A stretch of DNA of 64,000 bases from an uncultured Gammaproteobacteria bacterium. GTDB taxonomy: Bacteria > Patescibacteriota > Microgenomatia > UBA10105 > UBA927. This document shows, piece after piece, positions 1-10,122 of this stretch. The notes beneath the pieces were generated by a model. That model saw nothing but the letters and a program-made list of their open reading frames with translations, made no database searches and was not told where the DNA came from. Each line of letters begins with the position of its first letter. Within the stretch, counting starts at the first letter, position 1. The position numbers and the translations under genes are program-made. The DNA lies in assembly GCA_964515005.1 (NCBI GenBank), contig CAZEVT010000002.1:28968-92967 (forward strand), in the 5' to 3' direction.

Positions 1-988
1 GTTAGTCACAAGTGATGAAAAAGGAGGAGGAGATATTCTTATTGGAACACACGCATTATTACAATATAATCTCAAAAATCTCGGATTAGTTGTGGTGGAC
101 GAGCAACACAGATTTGGAGTCGAACAACGAGCACAGCTTATCGGAAAAGACAAACTCACTCCACATTTTCTTACCATGACGGCGACTCCCATTCCGCGCA
201 CGATCGCAAAAACGATCCTCGGCAGTATCGATATCTCGGTACTTACCGAAATGCCCAAGGGAAGGCGCATCATCAAAACGTGGGTGGTACCTTCCGAAAA
301 GCGGAAAGGCGCCTACGAGTGGATAGACAAACAAATGAAAGAAACCGGCGGACAAATTTTCGTCATCTGCCCGCTTATTGAAACCTCCGAAACGCTTTTG
401 GATGTTCGGGCGGTGAAGGATGAAGTGGTGCGCATAAAAAAACGCTTTCCGAAGATCGAGGTGGGGCTTTTGCACGGACGCCTTAAGCCAAGTGAAAAAA
501 CAAAAGCGCTAGAGGACTTTCGAAAGAAAAAAACCATGATTCTGGCGGCGACACCGGTCGTTGAGGTCGGGATCGATATACCCAATGCCGCCATTATGGT
601 CGTGGAAGGAGCTGATCGCTTCGGCTTGGGGCAACTGCATCAGCTGCGCGGCCGCGTGGGGCGGGGGAGCCTGCAATCGTACTGCCTGCTTTTCACGGGC
701 AGTACAGACGAAAAAACGGTCAAGCGGCTGAAGGCCCTCGAGACGATCCATAGCGGGCCCGCGCTCGCCGAAGTAGATCTAACGCTCCGCGGGCCAGGGG
801 AAGTCTTTGGCACCCGCCAACACGGCGTGCCGCATTTGAAAATTGCATCGTTTACCGATATGGCAACAATAAACCAAACCCAGCAGGCCCTGGCAGGCCT
901 TACCCACAAGGACCCTGACCTGACCTCGTTCCCCCTCTTGAGGGAACTCGTGAAAAAAGGTACAATACAAGAGGTCAGTAAAGACTGA
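1..988 (+). CDS. recG: ATP-dependent DNA helicase RecG (5' truncated by window edge)
   Basis: Frame is open from the window start; GTHAL, DEQHRFGV, TATPIPRT, QLRGRVGRG, RGPGE motifs. Confidence 0.95.
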   Translation, partial: LVTSDEKGGGDILIGTHALLQYNLKNLGLVVVDEQHRFGVEQRAQLIGKDKLTPHFLTMTATPIPRTIAKTILGSIDISVLTEMPKGRRIIKTWVVPSEKRKGAYEWIDKQMKETGGQIFVICPLIETSETLLDVRAVKDEVVRIKKRFPKIEVGLLHGRLKPSEKTKALEDFRKKKTMILAATPVVEVGIDIPNAAIMVVEGADRFGLGQLHQLRGRVGRGSLQSYCLLFTGSTDEKTVKRLKALETIHSGPALAEVDLTLRGPGEVFGTRQHGVPHLKIASFTDMATINQTQQALAGLTHKDPDLTSFPLLRELVKKGTIQEVSKD

Positions 989-1007
989 TGCGTAGCACTC
1001 AATATCT

Positions 1008-1178
1008 ATGGCTCCACTTCCTAAAAGACGACATTCAACCAGGCGCGGCGGCAAGAGGAAGGCCGCAATCAAACTCGGTCTACCGAAATTTGTCGCGTGT
1101 AAAAACTGCGGCAAACCGTGTCTTTCGCACCGAGCCTGTACATACTGTGGGTATTACGGCGGAAAAAAAGTAGTCTGA
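1008..1178 (+). CDS. rpmF: 50S ribosomal protein L32 (absent from ORF track, 56 aa)
   Basis: Manual translation MAPLPKRRHSTRRGGKRKAA...CKNCG...HRACTYCGYY; zinc-ribbon L32 upstream of nusB-rnc. Confidence 0.93.
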   Translation: MAPLPKRRHSTRRGGKRKAAIKLGLPKFVACKNCGKPCLSHRACTYCGYYGGKKVV

Positions 1179-1179
1179 C

Positions 1180-1530
1180 ATGAAGACCCCAACTGACCCC
1201 AGACACATCAGGCGTAAAGCCATCATGGACAAGCTTTTTTCGTATAGCTTCGACCCAAACCAGGTTGACGCGTCGATTCAACCAATGATTGCCCATTTAT
1301 CACAGATTGACCTAAAGATTGAAAAAGCCGCGCCAGACTGGCCGGTTTCCAAAATTGCAAAAATAGATCTTGCGGTTTTGCGGCTCGCCCTGTACGAGCT
1401 CATGATAGAAAAAAAGGAGCCTCCCAAAGTCATCATCGATGAGGCAATTGAGCTATCGAAAGCCTACGGCAATGAACATAGTTCACAGTTTATAAACGGA
1501 GTACTCGGGACCGTCTTAAAATCGCTATGA
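1180..1530 (+). CDS. nusB: Transcription antitermination factor NusB
   Basis: IDLAVLRLALYE, VIIDEAIELSKAYG, FINGVLG. Confidence 0.95.
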   Translation: MKTPTDPRHIRRKAIMDKLFSYSFDPNQVDASIQPMIAHLSQIDLKIEKAAPDWPVSKIAKIDLAVLRLALYELMIEKKEPPKVIIDEAIELSKAYGNEHSSQFINGVLGTVLKSL

Positions 1531-2213
1531 CCTTCGAAGATTTACAAAAAACACTGGGTATTACTTTCAAGGACCAGGAACTCCTGAAGCAGGCGTTTGT
1601 CCACAGGTCGCACCTCAACGAAGCCAAACACGTGACCGTCAGTAACGAGCGCCTGGAGTTTTTGGGAGACGCCGTTTTGTCGTTTCTTACCAGCCGCTAT
1701 TTATACGAAACCTATCCGAATTACCCCGAGGGAATCCTGACCAACATTCGCTCGTCGCTCGTGAAAACCTCGAGCCTGCGGGATATCGCCACAGAACTTG
1801 ACTTAGGGGAACTCCTCTTTTTAAGCCACGGCGAGGAAGCCTCCGGGGGGCGCACGAACCACTCGCTTCTTGCCGACGTGTTTGAAGCGCTTTTGGGGGC
1901 TATATTTCTTGACCAGGGCATTGAGAAAGCCCGGTCATTTCTTGCCGTCTATCTTTTTCCGAAGGCCAAAGACATTATCGAAAACAAGTCGTATGTCGAT
2001 TTCAAAAGCCTGCTTCAGGAACTGATCCAGCAGGAATCACGCCTAAGCCCGACGTATGAGGTAACCCGCAGCGAAGGGCCAGATCACGCACGAATGTTTT
2101 GGGTGGAAGCGCGGGCCGGATCCCAGGTTCTCGGAGCAGGACAGGGAAAATCCAAGCAGGAAGCAGAGCAAGCTGCTGCCTCAAATGCGCTTGCTGCCAT
2201 GGGCAAAATTTGA
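1527..2213 (+). CDS. rnc: Ribonuclease III
   Basis: NERLEFLGDAVL signature and C-terminal dsRBD. Confidence 0.97.
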   Translation: MTFEDLQKTLGITFKDQELLKQAFVHRSHLNEAKHVTVSNERLEFLGDAVLSFLTSRYLYETYPNYPEGILTNIRSSLVKTSSLRDIATELDLGELLFLSHGEEASGGRTNHSLLADVFEALLGAIFLDQGIEKARSFLAVYLFPKAKDIIENKSYVDFKSLLQELIQQESRLSPTYEVTRSEGPDHARMFWVEARAGSQVLGAGQGKSKQEAEQAAASNALAAMGKI

Positions 2214-2227
2214 TATCATACGGACCT

Positions 2228-2449
2228 ATGTTAAAAATTCGCTTAACACAAACGGGAACCACCAATCGCAAAACCTACCGGATTATCGCCATTGAAGAAG
2301 GCAAGCGTCGTGACGGCAAAGCAGTCGAGACGCTTGGCTACTACAATCCGCTCGTGACTCCCGCGCAGATCGTCATCAAAAAAGACCGCGTTGCCTATTG
2401 GGTGAGTCAGGGAGCTCAGCTGACTCCGGCAGTCGAAAAGCTTCTCTAA
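2228..2449 (+). CDS. rpsP: 30S ribosomal protein S16
   Basis: MLKIRL...YRIIA...RDGKAVETLGYYNP; start reassigned to ATG 2228. Confidence 0.95.
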   Translation: MLKIRLTQTGTTNRKTYRIIAIEEGKRRDGKAVETLGYYNPLVTPAQIVIKKDRVAYWVSQGAQLTPAVEKLL

Positions 2450-2456
2450 AAGACTT

Positions 2457-2699
2457 ATGAAAGACACGCTATTGTATCTTCTGAAGCGCATTGTTGACCA
2501 TCCCGACGATATCGTCGTTGATGAGGAACAATCAGAAGACAAGACTATCCTCACGATCCACGCCAACCAACAGGATCTCGGGAAGGTGATCGGCAAAAGC
2601 GGAAGAATAATCCGCGCAATCCGGGATATCATCAAACTCATGGCCGCCAAACAAAGCGTGTATGTCGATGTGGTCCTTGCAGAAGAAAACCCAGCATGA
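2457..2699 (+). CDS. khpA: KH-domain RNA-binding protein KhpA
   Basis: DLGKVIGKSGRII GxxG motif; rpsP-khpA-trmD synteny. Confidence 0.88.
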   Translation: MKDTLLYLLKRIVDHPDDIVVDEEQSEDKTILTIHANQQDLGKVIGKSGRIIRAIRDIIKLMAAKQSVYVDVVLAEENPA

Positions 2700-3370
2700 A
2701 AGTCTCCATTCTGACCCTCTTCCCCGATATGTTCCGGGGACCCTTTGACCAATCCATTGTCCACCGGGCAGTAGAAAAAAGGCTCGTCACGATTGAATAC
2801 GTCGACATCCGCACCTTCGCCTCGGACAAATACAAAACTGTTGATGACCATCCGTATGGCGGAGGGGTAGGAATGATTCTGCGGGTTGATGTTGTCGACC
2901 GCGCACTCCAGATGGTCAAAGGCAAAAACGTCAAAGAGAAAAGTCACACGATTCTCCTGGACGCCGGGGGAACACCATACACGCAGAAAAAAGCGAGAGA
3001 ACTTTCAAATGTTGATCATCTCATTCTTGTCTGCGGCCACTATGAAGGAGTGGACGCACGCGTAAGAACGCTGGTTGATGAAGAGATTTCCATCGGCGAC
3101 TATGTCTTAACCGGTGGGGAAATACCCGCGATGGTCGTCGTCGACAGCGTCGTTCGGCTCGTCCCAGGGGTTCTTGCCAAACCCGAGGCAACCGTAAACG
3201 AGTCGTTTAACGAGTCACTCCTCGAGTATCCGCAGTACACACAACCGCGGGAATATAACGGCGTTGCCGTCCCCGAGGAACTTCTTTCCGGTAACCACGC
3301 CGCTATTGCCGCCTTTCGAAAAAAGGCGGCCATCGTTCGCACGCGAGAGCGTGCCGGCCCTACGGGCTAA
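2696..3370 (+). CDS. trmD: tRNA (guanine37-N1)-methyltransferase
   Basis: DDHPYGGG, CGHYEGVD, SIGDYVLTGGE, EYPQYT. Confidence 0.97.
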   Translation: MKVSILTLFPDMFRGPFDQSIVHRAVEKRLVTIEYVDIRTFASDKYKTVDDHPYGGGVGMILRVDVVDRALQMVKGKNVKEKSHTILLDAGGTPYTQKKARELSNVDHLILVCGHYEGVDARVRTLVDEEISIGDYVLTGGEIPAMVVVDSVVRLVPGVLAKPEATVNESFNESLLEYPQYTQPREYNGVAVPEELLSGNHAAIAAFRKKAAIVRTRERAGPTG

Positions 3371-4097
3371 AGAGGTCTGCTTTCCCGGCGCCTTCCGATG
3401 GCGCGACGACCTCGGTTGGCCTGGAAGAAACGAGCTGGATTGCACTGGTTTTGGCAATAGTTTCCGACTCTTGTTCGGTAAGGGTGGTGATCGTCGTACC
3501 GACTGATCCGATGGAGGTCGGCAACGGCGAATAAAAGGTGTCCATATTGACATGCGCGATTACCAACGCGACGTCGTTTATTGATAACTCCACGGATCGA
3601 ATCCTAAAAAAACGGCGAATAGAGACGATCGTGGCAAGAAACTGCCGGACTTGATCAAAGGAACCCTCGACCGTAAGACTAAATGGCAGAATACTTGCTC
3701 CCGCCTCCTTTTCATCTGCAGTGATCTTTTTGGCAGACTCAGTCGCAAGCGATCCGGCGCGGGCAAGGGTAAGACTCGTCACCGAAACGCCGGTCGTTGC
3801 CGTGACCGCATCGATGCCGTCAAAAAGAGTTGCGAGGGATTTTTCGGGAGGAACCGCCGCGGCAAGCGTGAGGAGACTGGTGCGAAGCGTTTCTTCATCG
3901 ACGGACGAAAGAATCTCGTTTTTCGCCCGCAGCGTCGCAATCTCACGCGCGGCCGCTACGTTCTCTTTTTGAAGTTCAAGGGCTTTTTTCCCGAGCGGCA
4001 CAACGCCTATGAGAATGCCCGCGGCAGCAAACAGAACGGTGATGGCGGCGACTATGAGTGACTGGTAAGGCTTCAGCAATGTTTGAATATTTTGCAT
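3360..4097 (-). CDS. Type IV pilus alignment protein, PilO-like
   Basis: N-terminal TM, coiled coil, ferredoxin-like segment (LTVEGSFDQVRQFL); third gene after pilM. Confidence 0.7.
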   Translation of the reverse strand: MQNIQTLLKPYQSLIVAAITVLFAAAGILIGVVPLGKKALELQKENVAAAREIATLRAKNEILSSVDEETLRTSLLTLAAAVPPEKSLATLFDGIDAVTATTGVSVTSLTLARAGSLATESAKKITADEKEAGASILPFSLTVEGSFDQVRQFLATIVSIRRFFRIRSVELSINDVALVIAHVNMDTFYSPLPTSIGSVGTTITTLTEQESETIAKTSAIQLVSSRPTEVVAPSEGAGKADLFSP

Positions 4098-4101
4098 ACG
4101 G

Positions 4102-4644
4102 TTAGAGTATCGCAACAAAAGAAAATGTTACCTCGATTGTCCCGTCGCGCGAAATGGCGAGTGACATAATTTGCGGATCTTTTATCATTTTTTCGATCGA
4201 TTGCCTGACCATCGCATCCGATACGCCAAGTACATCCTCAATCGTCGCGGCGTGGATGGCCATAACCACACGCTCGTCGGTAAGTGACACCGATGACAGT
4301 TGCGTAAGAGGCGCGGAGGCTACAACCGCGTCAAATATCGGCCCCACCGGCTTCCTCGTTGCGGCAATGGAATCCACGGCTCGCGCTCTCGCCTTTATTG
4401 CCGAAAGAAGCCCTTCTTTTATGGTACTTTGGGAAATAGCAAGGGTAAGTGTCTGACGTGTTGCTTCCAAACCATTTGCCGACGTCCGCAGGTACAGGAA
4501 TATCCCCCCGGCAAGAAGTCCTACCGCAATGAAGACCGTCAGGGCGATCGTACTTGCCTTTTTCCCGTAGGCTTCAACCGCCGCAAGTTCAGAGGGCAGA
4601 TTCGTTTTCGCTTTAATGAGATTGATGTTTTTGAGGACTGCCAT
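4102..4644 (-). CDS. Type IV pilus alignment protein, PilN-like
   Basis: N-terminal INL motif, single TM, follows pilM. Confidence 0.65.
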   Translation of the reverse strand: MAVLKNINLIKAKTNLPSELAAVEAYGKKASTIALTVFIAVGLLAGGIFLYLRTSANGLEATRQTLTLAISQSTIKEGLLSAIKARARAVDSIAATRKPVGPIFDAVVASAPLTQLSSVSLTDERVVMAIHAATIEDVLGVSDAMVRQSIEKMIKDPQIMSLAISRDGTIEVTFSFVAIL

Positions 4645-4656
4645 AGAACGCTGCGG

Positions 4657-5679
4657 CTATTTCTTCAGCGCCAAGCCCACGGCGACGCAAAAATTGGGTC
4701 CTTCCGCAGTCAAGACGTTAAACCGGGCGTCACGCGCAATGCCCACCCACGGGTTACCGAGTTGCACTTCTATCCCCAAGGTCTGGGCCAGATAGGTGAC
4801 CATCCCCGGAAGCCTCGCCGTTCCTCCGGAAAGGAGGACTGCCTGGACATGGTCATCTTTGTATTTTTCCTGATAAAAGGCAAGGGCCCTTTTGATCTCA
4901 TTGACCACCGTGTCCATAATGGGCTTCACCGCGGTGACGATCTTCCCCTCGAGTTTATCCGCCTGGAGTCCATACGTTTTTTTGTATTCCTCGGCCTGCG
5001 TTTCGTTAAAGTCCAATCCCTGGGCAAGGGCCCGCGTCAGGGCATCGCCTCCTGCCGAAAGCGACCGGGTAAATGCAAGAATGCCGTTTCGCACAATGGC
5101 CAAATCCGTCGTCTGGGCCCCCAAAGATACGATCATCATGCTTTTTATGCTTGGGGCAGACCGTGCAATTGCCCGCGAGGTTGCGATGATTTCTGTTTCC
5201 GCCGCGGCCGCCGTAAGCTCCGAAAGCTCCAAGATCGCAAGATATTTGTCCAAAAGCGCCTTCGGGGCGCCTACCAAGAGCACCTCCATTTTGTTTGTCC
5301 CGGTTTCGGCAGAGGTGCGAAGAATCGTATAGTCAACATTTACCTGATCCAAAGGGAGAGGAATATACTGTTCGGCCTCCCACTTAATGGCGGAGGCTAA
5401 CTCCCGGTCGGAAAGCGCGGGCACTTCGATAACCCGCGTAAACACTTTGGATTCGGGGAGCGCGATTTGAATATTCCTGCTTTTGGCCCCCGTGTCCTTC
5501 AGAAGTTTTTTTATTGCGGCAGCAACCGCCTGATTGTCCGCAGGCAGTGTGCTCGTTAATGCCTTGGGCGGCGTTGGGGTGCTTCCTGCCGCCATAAGAC
5601 CAACGCGCGGGCCATCCCATGCAAGCTCAATGAGCTTTATGGTGTGCGATCCGATATCCAGGCCAAGTGATAGGTTCAT
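4657..5679 (-). CDS. pilM: Type IV pilus assembly protein PilM
   Basis: GLDIGS actin-like fold, WEAEQYIP, LSGGTA, AVGLAL. Confidence 0.93.
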   Translation of the reverse strand: MNLSLGLDIGSHTIKLIELAWDGPRVGLMAAGSTPTPPKALTSTLPADNQAVAAAIKKLLKDTGAKSRNIQIALPESKVFTRVIEVPALSDRELASAIKWEAEQYIPLPLDQVNVDYTILRTSAETGTNKMEVLLVGAPKALLDKYLAILELSELTAAAAETEIIATSRAIARSAPSIKSMMIVSLGAQTTDLAIVRNGILAFTRSLSAGGDALTRALAQGLDFNETQAEEYKKTYGLQADKLEGKIVTAVKPIMDTVVNEIKRALAFYQEKYKDDHVQAVLLSGGTARLPGMVTYLAQTLGIEVQLGNPWVGIARDARFNVLTAEGPNFCVAVGLALKK

Positions 5680-5691
5680 GTGGGCAGAATA

Positions 5692-6549
5692 TTACTCATG
5701 GTTAATTGATCCCTCGCTATATATGGCATTGTCAAAAATCGTTGCGGGCGCCGCATGTTGCTGATACACAAAAATCTTCCTGTTGACGCCGCTTTCTGTA
5801 GTTCCTACTGACTCGATGATCCTTCCCTGTACCGGCAGGGTCGAGAGTGGAATGACGGCAAAAAGCGCCGCGTTATAGACCGGTCTAACCCGCAGTGCAA
5901 TAAGCACATCTACCGCAGGATTGATGGTGGGTTCGAGAGTGGAAAACTGCATCGTCTGTCTATAGGCAGTTCCGGTCCCTGCCCCGCACCCGCCCACCGT
6001 CGCCGTCGGCACCCCAAATTTATTTACCCCCTGGCGCGCCGGGTCCGGATCATACGCTGCTTTGGCCACGCGGTAAGAATTGTCGCTCGTCTCGCGGTAG
6101 AGGACGGTCGCAACAATGGCGGCCATTGGCGACTCCTGGCTCCAGCAAACATCAATGGAGGGCGAAGTATAAAAGGGGGTCGCATCGTCAACCGTTCCGT
6201 CGGCATTGTGAGGAGCAAGCCAAATAGTTTCGGTTTCTTCCCTGGGCGTCTTTTGCTGATACACGAGGGGCTGAGACGCCTCACCGCTTATCGATGCTAC
6301 TGAAACCGCATAGGTAAGACCTAATTTCTCGTCCACCAGCAGGGCGCTTGCAACCCCACTTCGCAGCGCTTCCTCGACGCCTGCTTCAGCCGCTGAAAAG
6401 GCCCTCGCCGATTCTTCAATATTCCGCGTGACGGAAATATTGGTCGTGCCGCGGGAAATAAGCGACAAGCCTACCGTTGTTGCAATCGTAAGAACGAGTA
6501 GTGCAATGAGTGCCGCTTGCCCGGATTGAGAGCTACGAACTCTACGCAT
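5692..6549 (-). CDS. PilX-like minor pilin
   Basis: SGQAAL prepilin-like leader, hydrophobic helix, AFSAAEAGVEEAL. Confidence 0.75.
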   Translation of the reverse strand: MRRVRSSQSGQAALIALLVLTIATTVGLSLISRGTTNISVTRNIEESARAFSAAEAGVEEALRSGVASALLVDEKLGLTYAVSVASISGEASQPLVYQQKTPREETETIWLAPHNADGTVDDATPFYTSPSIDVCWSQESPMAAIVATVLYRETSDNSYRVAKAAYDPDPARQGVNKFGVPTATVGGCGAGTGTAYRQTMQFSTLEPTINPAVDVLIALRVRPVYNAALFAVIPLSTLPVQGRIIESVGTTESGVNRKIFVYQQHAAPATIFDNAIYSEGSINHE

Positions 6550-6654
6550 ATATAACCATTGTAGTAAGCGGAAAAATATTTAGCAAGCGCTTCTTCTTTG
6601 AGTCACGGCTCACGGCTCTTTCCGCACTACAAAAGACATGGTATTATAAAATAT

Positions 6655-6885
6655 ATGAAACGAATAGCTTTTACACGTCATGCGAATGAAATGATCGTGC
6701 TTCGCCGTCTCAACAAGAAACTGATTGAGCAGTGCATTCGCCACCCTGCCGAAATCATACCCGCAAAAGAAAATAAATACGCATATGTCAAAGACTTAGG
6801 AAAAAATTATCTGAAAGTGATTATCGCGGATGAAAAACAAGCTCTTATAGTCGTCACAGCCTATTGGTTTGCAAAAAAAAGCTAA
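6655..6885 (+). CDS. DUF4258-like putative RelE-fold toxin
   Basis: FTRHA...LKVI...IVVTAY; paired with a DUF2283-like gene. Confidence 0.7.
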   Translation: MKRIAFTRHANEMIVLRRLNKKLIEQCIRHPAEIIPAKENKYAYVKDLGKNYLKVIIADEKQALIVVTAYWFAKKS

Positions 6886-6904
6886 ACAATATACCATACG
6901 AGCT

Positions 6905-7129
6905 ATGAAGGTTACCTATGATCCCGTGGCAGATGCCATGTACATCTATTTTTCTGATAAAAAAGCCAGCACGAAGACTGTAGAGGTTCGTGACGACCTT
7001 TTTGTGGACTATGCTGGGAATGAAATGATTGGTATTGAAATTACTGACGTTTCAGGTAAACTCCCCAAAAAAGACATCATGTCGGTGACCCTCTCCATTC
7101 CTCCCGCCGGTAAAATCTCCACGGTATAG
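6905..7129 (+). CDS. DUF2283-like putative antitoxin
   Basis: YDPVADAMYIYF...VDY...IGIEI. Confidence 0.8.
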   Translation: MKVTYDPVADAMYIYFSDKKASTKTVEVRDDLFVDYAGNEMIGIEITDVSGKLPKKDIMSVTLSIPPAGKISTV

Positions 7130-7153
7130 CTTATCCACCAATCTAGAAATTTC

Positions 7154-8743
7154 TTACGGCGCCACCTCCCGCCATACGATGCGGGCGTCTTTGAGTTGGT
7201 CCGGCATGGTAATGAGGAATTGAGGTTCGTAGAGGAAGAGTTCAGCGGAGACCGTGTTGTTTTGCCCCAGGGTATCCAGATCCCGCTGCAGGGAAATGGA
7301 CCCGGCAACGAACATACCCCGTCCGACAAACCGCTCGTGACCTGAGCTAGTCGAGAGGCCGGTTGCAAATACCCCGGTGGGGTTCGTAATATAGACGCCC
7401 TCAACGACCGGCGCGCTGCTCGTGTACGGGACGCCGACGGTGGGGTCAACCGTGATATTGCCGTTGACCAGGAATGCCAGGAACCCGGTACCGGAAACGT
7501 TGAGATTGCCGCTAATTTTCAGGTCTCCGTCAACAAAAAAGATGAGCTTCTCCCCCGAGGGCACGAGCCAGTCTCCCGAGGTTTCCATGTCCCCGGTCAC
7601 GTAGTAGGGAATGGGACTGCCGTCTGCCTTGGTTTTGGGACCGGGCTGGTTAACCGGAGTGGTAGGCTGATCATAGTCAACGGCGATTGGCTCTCCACCA
7701 AACCTGCGGTAGAAATAGAGATAGTTGTCCCGGGGGCGTGCGCGGTCCTTTGCAAGCCACTGGGAGGAAGACACAAGGTTTTCCCCCGTGAGGAACTCAT
7801 CGCTGTCCAGGTCCACGGAGTCTCCGTAGGTGACGACCCCACCCGAAGCGGCGGGGCCATTGAGGACCAAGTGTCGGGGAATCGTCCCCACCGGCACCGA
7901 ATTGGTAATCGTACTCCCCCCGTACACGTCCCCGCCCGTAACTTGGGCCCAGGCCTCGCCCAGGGTGTATCCCAAATCAAACGAAAGCGTTTCTGCGTTG
8001 ACAAACGATGCGGTGAGTCCGGTACCGGTGAGTGGCGACGTACTCGTCCTTCGAAAGCAGGACGCTTGCAGGACCAAGCCTGCCGGAGCCGCCGGGAGAA
8101 TCGTATATGTCCGGGCTTGGGCATTGGGCCAGACGGCATAGGTGGTTCCGCTTTGCGGGTTGGCTCCTCCGAGCGACGGGCTGGTGGTGTAGGAGATGGG
8201 TGACACCGGCGACGTTGCCGCGTACACGGCGTTGCAGGTGGTGTCTCCCGTCCCTATATTCCATGCCCGGGCCCGGAGAGTACCCAAGGGAATGGGGGTG
8301 GGGGTAGGAGTGGGAGGGGTGATGGGGCGGCAGGTAGCATAGGTCACTGAAGACTGTTTACAGGGCCGAACGCCTTCTCCGCAGGAACAATTTGCGCTCC
8401 CTCCTCTGACCACGCCGTTGCCGCACACTTTCCCCCAGTGCCCGCAGCCATAACTCACCACGGACCAGTCAGGATATGTACCCGGCGGACAATCGCGGTA
8501 TACCTCGCAGGCGGGATCTTTCTTCGTAGGACCAGTACATCCGCAACATATTGATGGATTCCCATTAGGGGCAGTACACGCATACATATAACAACTCGTT
8601 CCTATCGGACACACAGATTGTTCGCAACCACATGCATAAACCTGTGACTCTGGAATAAAAAAAACCAAAATAAACGACAATACAATACACCCTTGAATAA
8701 CTTTTCTGAATAGATCGTTTTTAATAATGGTTATTTGACTCAT
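7154..8743 (-). CDS. Secreted Cys-rich pilus-associated protein (adhesin-like)
   Basis: Signal peptide, Cys-rich N-domain, PT linker, C-terminal beta-solenoid-like region ending WREVAP. Confidence 0.6.
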   Translation of the reverse strand: MSQITIIKNDLFRKVIQGCIVLSFILVFFIPESQVYACGCEQSVCPIGTSCYMYACTAPNGNPSICCGCTGPTKKDPACEVYRDCPPGTYPDWSVVSYGCGHWGKVCGNGVVRGGSANCSCGEGVRPCKQSSVTYATCRPITPPTPTPTPIPLGTLRARAWNIGTGDTTCNAVYAATSPVSPISYTTSPSLGGANPQSGTTYAVWPNAQARTYTILPAAPAGLVLQASCFRRTSTSPLTGTGLTASFVNAETLSFDLGYTLGEAWAQVTGGDVYGGSTITNSVPVGTIPRHLVLNGPAASGGVVTYGDSVDLDSDEFLTGENLVSSSQWLAKDRARPRDNYLYFYRRFGGEPIAVDYDQPTTPVNQPGPKTKADGSPIPYYVTGDMETSGDWLVPSGEKLIFFVDGDLKISGNLNVSGTGFLAFLVNGNITVDPTVGVPYTSSAPVVEGVYITNPTGVFATGLSTSSGHERFVGRGMFVAGSISLQRDLDTLGQNNTVSAELFLYEPQFLITMPDQLKDARIVWREVAP

Positions 8744-8861
8744 CTATACCAAGTTTAAGCGTGACGATAACCAACGTCAAGAAGAGAGTATCACATATCG
8801 CGTTATTCTTTGAAATTAAATAGAAACGCTATGTTTTATCTAAAGAAGAATAGTCATCTGC

Positions 8862-9947
8862 TTAGGGGTTGCCTGTCTCGTAATATAGTTGAGTATTGGG
8901 CGGAGCCGGAAGCAAATCTCCAGTTTTACCATCTATCGTCATACCCGGAGGATATGGGACAAAAATCATTGTCCCTTCCGGAGCTGGTATAAAATAATAT
9001 CCCGCCACGTTTCCGCACATGCGGCAGTCTCCATCAGCATACCAATAGCCTGTTTCTCCCCGCGAAACTAATTGTGTAATAATAAATCCAGTCCCTTTAT
9101 CATTAAGGATCCATTGAGTTTTTGCCACCTCTTCAAATAATTTACCACCCTTCACATATGGTCCAACTGCGTGGGGCATTTGTAAATCTTCCTCTACTGA
9201 ATCTTGAGATAATTCGGGTTGCGGTAAAACATACCGCAAAGGAATTTCTCCTAGTCTTTTAGAATCTTCTATGGATCTATATATCTCTTTTGGTTGAGCT
9301 GATTCATTGTTACTCTTAGATAAGATCGCCACATTGGCTGCTTGAATCGGTTCCGACACCGGAATTTCTATAGTTGCAGGAGTAACTTTTAACCCACACG
9401 CAGCTAAGATAATGAGCGGCGATACGCGAACAGCAACTTTTGCCGTTAAACCGCTTATATCAAGTATTTTTGCGCTTGTTGGATCATCAGGATCTAACTC
9501 TTTTTGCAAGTAGGCACCGTATGCTTCAAACACATTTTGTGCAGTATCTGTTGCCTTTTTGGTTAATTCATGCGTTTCCCCATGAATTTTATGCGTCTGA
9601 GGTATGTTTGCAAGAGAGTCCAGAGCAAAATACTGAAGTGATGTTAAAGCGCTTGTTTGATCTGGTGTAAGCGCCTTGGGATTTGCGTATGCCCAACTCA
9701 GTTGATCCGACATCGTCTCAGGTTTTTTGTCTCCAGCGCGCAAAAGATGCATGTCATCTTCTGTGGCAGATAGGGGTCCAAAAAGTGAAAAAAGGGCTTC
9801 TGATGCGCGGGATCCACGCATTCCCTCCTTTTGGAAAATATTAAGGTGTTCTCGTATTGTCCGATCTCCGAGGCCTTTTGCTAAAGTAAATACAACCAAA
9901 TCTCCTGTGCCCTGGTCTGCTGACGGCATAAGTTCTGGCATATTCAT
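8862..9947 (-). CDS. Hypothetical protein
   Basis: 361-aa ORF, visibly AT-richer, central hydrophobic segment LIILAAC. Confidence 0.6.
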   Translation of the reverse strand: MNMPELMPSADQGTGDLVVFTLAKGLGDRTIREHLNIFQKEGMRGSRASEALFSLFGPLSATEDDMHLLRAGDKKPETMSDQLSWAYANPKALTPDQTSALTSLQYFALDSLANIPQTHKIHGETHELTKKATDTAQNVFEAYGAYLQKELDPDDPTSAKILDISGLTAKVAVRVSPLIILAACGLKVTPATIEIPVSEPIQAANVAILSKSNNESAQPKEIYRSIEDSKRLGEIPLRYVLPQPELSQDSVEEDLQMPHAVGPYVKGGKLFEEVAKTQWILNDKGTGFIITQLVSRGETGYWYADGDCRMCGNVAGYYFIPAPEGTMIFVPYPPGMTIDGKTGDLLPAPPNTQLYYETGNP

Positions 9948-10122
9948 ATGTACCCTATAGTATCATATTTGCACATTACTGTCAATCAACTGTACAGTGT
10001 CTACGGGCTCTTTTGCAACTACAAGGCTTCTTTAGGTATAGTATAGTATCTGTTTCTTGTCAAGCACATTGTATGCTTCAAAAATCTTAGCAAACATGCG
10101 GCCTTAAAATCTATATTACTCC

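Noticed and set aside
988-1173. 61-aa ORF from the track
   Set aside because: Wrong frame; the real gene is rpmF at 1008-1178.
4300-5400. Long antisense ORFs (also 11302-12078, 26275-26994, 49281-50246)
   Set aside because: Shadow frames opposite well-supported genes, with no recognisable motifs.
6603-6633. TCACGGCTCA shared with the CPA2-end repeat, and loose similarity to 10001-10024
   Set aside because: Matches of about 10 nt are within chance expectation; no clear gene-end duplication flanks this TA pair.
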